In this document: positions 50,341-54,850 of the stretch, one piece after another
How positions within the stretch are numbered: the stretch's first letter is position 1
Layout of the letters: every line of letters begins with the position of its first letter
From: Gammaproteobacteria bacterium
GTDB taxonomy: Bacteria > Pseudomonadota > Gammaproteobacteria > UBA4575
Assembly (NCBI GenBank): GCA_050633765.1
Contig: JBOEHC010000081.1
Coordinates: 639 to 55,488 of the forward strand
Length of the DNA stretch: 54,850 bases
Direction of reading: 5' to 3'
Notes under the pieces: model-generated
Told to the model about the DNA's origin: nothing
Database searches by the model: none
What the model saw: the letters and a program-made list of their open reading frames with translations, nothing else
Position numbers and translations under genes: made by a program

Positions 50341-50856
50341 GTGGTTGCTACACAAAACATTGTTCTTGTTGGTGCTATGGGTGTAGGAAAATCTACAGTC
50401 GGCAAACGGTTAGCCAAAAAGCTTTCCGTTGAATTTTACGATAGCGATCAAGAAATTGTAAAAAAAACCGGTGTAGATATTGCCACAATATTTGAATACG
50501 AAGGTGAAAAAGGTTTTCGAAAACGTGAAGAAAAAACCATAGAAGAGCTTTGTAGCATAGATAATATTGTTCTTGCTACGGGTGGTGGCGCAATCTTGTC
50601 AGCGAAAACACGTGAGCTGCTAAGTGGCTCAGGAACTGTATTTTATCTAAAAGCATCGATTGAAACTTTATTGAATAGAGTGAAAAGTGAAAACTCAAGA
50701 CCATTGTTAAATACATCTAATAAACGAAAAACTATTAGCGACTTATTAGATCAGCGCGCACCACTTTATGAAGCAGTAGCACATTATACGATTAACACTG
50801 ATCGCCATACCGTCAATTGGTCTGCTGATCAAATTTTAAAAAAAATACAGAACTAA
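50341..50856 (+). CDS. aroK: Shikimate kinase
   Basis: Walker A GAMGVGKSTVG and the GGG lid (LATGGGAI). GTG start. Confidence 0.9.
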   Translation: MVATQNIVLVGAMGVGKSTVGKRLAKKLSVEFYDSDQEIVKKTGVDIATIFEYEGEKGFRKREEKTIEELCSIDNIVLATGGGAILSAKTRELLSGSGTVFYLKASIETLLNRVKSENSRPLLNTSNKRKTISDLLDQRAPLYEAVAHYTINTDRHTVNWSADQILKKIQN

Positions 50857-50882
50857 AACGACAGATCTGCTATCAATAGCTA

Positions 50883-51968
50883 ATGAAAACTTTTAATGTA
50901 CAGCTTGGTAAGCGAAGTTACCCTATATATATTGGGAATAACTTACTTACTGAACCTACCCATATTCTCAAGCATATTCCTGGAAAACGTGTTTTCATCA
51001 TTAGCAATGAGAAGGTAGCACCTTTATATCTAGATCAAGTTCTTAGTCGTTGCAAAAAATTATCCTGTGAATTTAAGATCCTGCCTGATGGCGAACAATA
51101 CAAAAACCTCAACACGATGGAAACTATCTATAACTCTCTTTTAGAGCAGCATTGCGATCGAGACACAACCTTAATCGCATTGGGTGGTGGTGTTGTTGGT
51201 GATATTACGGGTTTTGCTGCTGCCACTTACCAGCGTGGCGTACACTTTATTCAAATCCCCACATCCTTGCTAGCACAAGTAGATTCATCTGTAGGCGGCA
51301 AAACGGGAGTGAACCACACACTTGGGAAAAATATGATTGGCTGTTTTTATCAGCCACAATGCGTAATCGCTGATCTAGATACACTCAACACATTAGATGA
51401 TCGTGAACTAAGTGCTGGTATTGCAGAGATTATTAAATATGGTCTTATACGAGACCCAGAATTTTTCAACTGGCTAGAAAATAATATTCATAGCTTACTT
51501 GATCGAGACCCAGCGTCACTGGCATATGCCGTACATCGTTCATGCGAGAATAAGGCGCAAATTGTTGCTGAAGATGAACTGGAACAATCTGGCAAGCGTG
51601 CATTATTAAACTATGGTCATACTTTTGGCCATGCCATTGAAACTGGCATGGGATATGGCAACTGGTTACATGGAGAAGCAGTAGCCTATGGCATGATAAT
51701 GGCAGCACATTTATCTATGAAACAAGGTTGGCTTCAAGAGAATGACTATATGCGTATCGAGAAAATTATAAACTCTGCAAATTTACCTGTACGAGCACCT
51801 GATAGTATGAATTGGGAAACATTTATTCGTCTCATGTCAGTAGATAAAAAAGTACGTGAAGGAAAATTGCATTTAGTATTACTGAGGAAAATTGGCAAAG
51901 CTATTTTAACTACTGATTTTGAAACTTCTTTGTTAGAAGAAACGTTGCGTGAGTGTTGCAACACATAA
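50883..51968 (+). CDS. aroB: 3-dehydroquinate synthase
   Basis: [44 protein letters not shown] is a classic AroB motif. 361 aa. Confidence 0.95.
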   Translation: MKTFNVQLGKRSYPIYIGNNLLTEPTHILKHIPGKRVFIISNEKVAPLYLDQVLSRCKKLSCEFKILPDGEQYKNLNTMETIYNSLLEQHCDRDTTLIALGGGVVGDITGFAAATYQRGVHFIQIPTSLLAQVDSSVGGKTGVNHTLGKNMIGCFYQPQCVIADLDTLNTLDDRELSAGIAEIIKYGLIRDPEFFNWLENNIHSLLDRDPASLAYAVHRSCENKAQIVAEDELEQSGKRALLNYGHTFGHAIETGMGYGNWLHGEAVAYGMIMAAHLSMKQGWLQENDYMRIEKIINSANLPVRAPDSMNWETFIRLMSVDKKVREGKLHLVLLRKIGKAILTTDFETSLLEETLRECCNT

Positions 51969-51970
51969 GT

Positions 51971-53152
51971 ATGACAACAACATCAGCCACACTGAAACAA
52001 CAAGAGATTCCTGCCGGAGATCTAGCTTCATTTGCTGCTCACGACAATCAAAGTATTGGTCGCATTTATACAGAAACCAGTGCTGAATATCGCACAGAGT
52101 ATCAGCGAGACCGTGAGCGAATCATTCACAGTACTGCATTTCGTAGACTTGAATACAAAACACAAGTTTTTGTAAATCACGAAGGCGATCTATTTCGAAC
52201 CCGACTAACCCATTCTATTGAAGTCGCACAAATTGCCCGCGCGATAGCACGAGCCTTAAATCTTAACGAAGACTTATGCGAAGCCATCTCTCTAGCACAT
52301 GATCTTGGCCATACACCATTTGGCCACGCCGGGCAGGATGCGCTCAATGACTGCATGCGTGAACATGGTGGATTTGAGCATAATCTACAGTCATTGCGCA
52401 TTGTAGATAAGCTTGAATTAAAGTACCCAACATTCTCAGGTTTGAATTTAATGTTTGAAACGCGAGAAGGAATACTTAAGCATTGTTCGCGCAAAAATGC
52501 CGAACAACTCGGTGACCTGGGTCAACGCTTTATACAGCGTATGCAACCAGGCTTAGAAGCACAGTTAGCCAATATTGCAGACCAAATCGCATACAATAAT
52601 CACGACCTCGATGACGGACTGCGCTCTGGTCTGATTAATGTCCAACAACTTAGCGAAGTAGAATTATTTGCTAGTAATTTTGTACGCGTAAATACGAAAT
52701 ACCCTCAGCTGAATGAGCGGCGTAAAATATATGAATGCATACGCTGTATTATCAATGAACTTGTTACAGATTTAATTTCTCAAAGTGCAAATGCGCTCAG
52801 CAGCACTAAGCCCATTACCATAGATGATGTACGCGCTCAGAACAAACCATTGATTCAATTCAGCGAAACAATACACTTAAAGAATCAAGAACTTAAGGTG
52901 TTTTTAAATAAGAATTTATACCAGCACTACAAAGTACACCGCATGAGTCAAAAAGCGAAAAAAATTATATTAGATTTATTTGCGGCGTTTTATAATGATA
53001 TCAACCTAATGCCTGACGAATACCAAAAATATGCCTATGCTGCACAGCAAGATAAAGGCCGAGCACGTATTGTTGCGGACTATATTGCTGGCATGACAGA
53101 TCGTTACGCAATCGCAGAACATGAGCGTATATTCAATGCAAAAACAATCTAA
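51971..53152 (+). CDS. Deoxyguanosinetriphosphate triphosphohydrolase-like HD-domain protein
   Basis: [16 protein letters not shown] ... [11 protein letters not shown] ... DLDDG motifs of the Dgt family. The ATG at 51971 is 3 nt after the aroB stop. Confidence 0.85.
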   Translation: MTTTSATLKQQEIPAGDLASFAAHDNQSIGRIYTETSAEYRTEYQRDRERIIHSTAFRRLEYKTQVFVNHEGDLFRTRLTHSIEVAQIARAIARALNLNEDLCEAISLAHDLGHTPFGHAGQDALNDCMREHGGFEHNLQSLRIVDKLELKYPTFSGLNLMFETREGILKHCSRKNAEQLGDLGQRFIQRMQPGLEAQLANIADQIAYNNHDLDDGLRSGLINVQQLSEVELFASNFVRVNTKYPQLNERRKIYECIRCIINELVTDLISQSANALSSTKPITIDDVRAQNKPLIQFSETIHLKNQELKVFLNKNLYQHYKVHRMSQKAKKIILDLFAAFYNDINLMPDEYQKYAYAAQQDKGRARIVADYIAGMTDRYAIAEHERIFNAKTI

Positions 53153-54728
53153 TAATCGCTATAGTTCAGATGCTATGGATGACCTTGGTATGGATTTTAT
53201 ATCAATTGAATGCCTGGAGAAATTAGGCCTGGATCAAAACCCATTTATTGACCATGCGCGAGATCCTTTTCTCTTCTCTGACCAGCAACTAGAGATGTCC
53301 ATGAACGTGCTTATGGATTATCTAATCAACCAAAACTCAACCATTGTCTTGCTTGGCGAAATCGGAATTGGAAAAACTACGCATTTGCGAATGTTGTTAC
53401 GTAGAGGCTATCAACAATTCAATTTCTGTACTTTACGAGCGAAACCAAAAATTACTTTTATTGAGATTGAGCAAAAGATAAAAGAGCGTTGGCATTTACC
53501 ACAAAACAAAAATGATAATGAAGAAAATTCAGATCTGCTAGATCTTGCTGATAGTGAGTCACTGGCCACAAGTGAACATATAAAAAAATACATTGAAAGC
53601 GACAAGCTACCTGTTCTGATTATAGATGATGCACACAGACTACAGAATGATGTGCTAAATGAACTACTAAAGCTTAAACATCATGTGGGCCTACAATCGC
53701 ACCATACCATGGGGTTAGTTCTTGCGTCTGAACCTGCTTTACAGAGCCAACTCGCAGAATTAGAGCAAGTTAATCCTGCAGCTACACAAATTTATCAAAT
53801 AAACGTACGTCCATTCGATACACATCAATGCAAAGAATATATTCAATATCGTTTAGATAAAGCAGGCTCTAGTAATGAATCACTATTAATCCCAGAAATT
53901 ATTAGCGAGATACATGCCAAATCGAAAGGCTTGCCTAAATACATAAATAAATTAGCACGAGAAGAAATTTCTAAGATTTGTGATGAAAATTCTTCTAACA
54001 CTAGTCATACAAACAGTCTCAAATCCAACCCAGCTATGCGTCTTGGTGTTATTTTATCTGGACTTATTTGTTTAGCGGTAATATTTTTTGCATTATCAAA
54101 TAATTCTAATAAAGGAGATGAATCTGTACCATTGGATTTAGCAAAACCAAAAATAGAAGAAAATTTAAAAACTGAAGATTCAATTCCCAAAATAAGCACT
54201 AGCGGCGACACAGAAAAATCAAATAAAAAGATCACTAAAGATAAATCTGTAAAATTAACTTCTACACCAAGTGAAAAACCTATACTCAAGCCCTATGTCG
54301 CTCCATTAGTGTTGGGGCCTCTCCTAGATAAGAAAACAGAGCGCGAGAAGAATAAACCAGCATTAGAACCAGTTCAAAAACCAAAAGCTCCTGGCAAGAA
54401 CTCTAATACACAAGAAGTGGTCCAAAATTCACCCTATTCATCAAACTGGATAATGAAACAAGACCCTAGCGCCTATACCATTCAGGTCGTTGCATCTCAA
54501 AACGAAAAAAATCTAATCGACTTTGCAAAAAAGAACTCTTTGCTTTCAAACACGGCTTATTATAAAAAACCTAGTACAGATAAATCTCTGTATGTTCTGG
54601 TTCACGGGGTATATAAAACGCGCGAAGAAGCAATTACTAGTATTCAGGGTCTTTCTGAAGTGCTCAAAAAAAATACGCCTTATCCTGTACAAATAAAGTA
54701 TCTACAAGAAGTTATTGTTCAGCAATAA
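53121..54728 (+). CDS. DamX/ExeA-like protein: N-terminal AAA ATPase, one TM helix, low-complexity linker, C-terminal SPOR domain
   Basis: Walker [10 protein letters not shown] and Walker [11 protein letters not shown] helix [18 protein letters not shown]. Lys/Pro/Ser-rich linker. C-terminal [21 protein letters not shown]...[14 protein letters not shown] is SPOR-like. The start is uncertain (ATGs at 53121, 53136 and 53175). Confidence 0.7.
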   Translation: MSVYSMQKQSNNRYSSDAMDDLGMDFISIECLEKLGLDQNPFIDHARDPFLFSDQQLEMSMNVLMDYLINQNSTIVLLGEIGIGKTTHLRMLLRRGYQQFNFCTLRAKPKITFIEIEQKIKERWHLPQNKNDNEENSDLLDLADSESLATSEHIKKYIESDKLPVLIIDDAHRLQNDVLNELLKLKHHVGLQSHHTMGLVLASEPALQSQLAELEQVNPAATQIYQINVRPFDTHQCKEYIQYRLDKAGSSNESLLIPEIISEIHAKSKGLPKYINKLAREEISKICDENSSNTSHTNSLKSNPAMRLGVILSGLICLAVIFFALSNNSNKGDESVPLDLAKPKIEENLKTEDSIPKISTSGDTEKSNKKITKDKSVKLTSTPSEKPILKPYVAPLVLGPLLDKKTEREKNKPALEPVQKPKAPGKNSNTQEVVQNSPYSSNWIMKQDPSAYTIQVVASQNEKNLIDFAKKNSLLSNTAYYKKPSTDKSLYVLVHGVYKTREEAITSIQGLSEVLKKNTPYPVQIKYLQEVIVQQ

Positions 54729-54850
54729 GACAACTAATAATGGGTTTTAGCACAGCGCTTAAATATTTTAACCATTAACCTGAAAAAAAGTAGTGCTTCT
54801 AGAAGCAACGACAGGCTTTATGTTTTGTTGCGAAAGGTTCATCATCCCTA

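Noticed and set aside
51971-53152. dGTPase-like gene as an anti-phage dNTP-depletion defence gene
   Set aside because: It is tightly embedded and translationally coupled within the core aroKB-damX operon. No neighbouring defence or mobile genes are present. A housekeeping Dgt type is the simpler reading; see the finding.
54794-54807. Perfect 14-bp palindrome TGCTTCTAGAAGCA after the DamX-like gene, preceded by A7
   Set aside because: As RNA it forms only a 5-bp stem, too weak for a terminator. It could be a protein-binding site, but I saw no second copy, and the downstream context is cut off by the window edge.

Overview
This is an AT-rich chromosomal segment that looks gammaproteobacterial by gene content and synteny; I cannot name the species. 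It is packed almost end to end with housekeeping genes. Left to right: trxA (partial), an NDUFA9-like SDR, a lipoprotein aminopeptidase, cca, uppP, a MidA/NDUFAF7-like methyltransferase, a FolM-like pteridine reductase, ppnP, a methyltransferase and a GNAT, folK-folB, rpmB-rpmG, a DesA-like delta-9 desaturase, a GldA/F/G-like ABC-2 system, an FkbO/XanB2-like chorismatase, mutM, an alpha/beta hydrolase, a DsbA-like protein coupled to ggt, coaD, rsmD, an M16 peptidase pair, ftsYEX, rpoH, and a complete aa3 cytochrome c oxidase structural and assembly cluster (DUF2244-coxB-coxA-small TM ORF-ctaG-coxC / DUF2909 / SURF1-SCO-like-ctaA). These are followed by bioH-bioC, plsY, tsaD, rpsU-yqeY, hemE, mrcA, pilMNOPQ, aroK-aroB, a dGTPase-like HD protein and a DamX/ExeA-like AAA+SPOR protein. 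I found no rRNA, tRNA, CRISPR array, IS element, integrase or recognisable defence gene, so I cannot point to a convincing new multi-gene system. The only accessory-looking patch is about 1 kb between ftsX and rpoH. It holds a stand-alone phage Nu1-like winged-HTH ORF, an orphan small ORF and about 500 nt without ORFs. Other items worth a second look: the chorismatase, the ExeA-like AAA+SPOR protein next to the secretin cluster, a cca with a degenerate HD domain, two sub-60-aa ORFs missing from the ORF track, and a sigma-E-type promoter in front of rpoH. All family calls come from reading motifs by eye and from remembered reference sequences. No searches were run.
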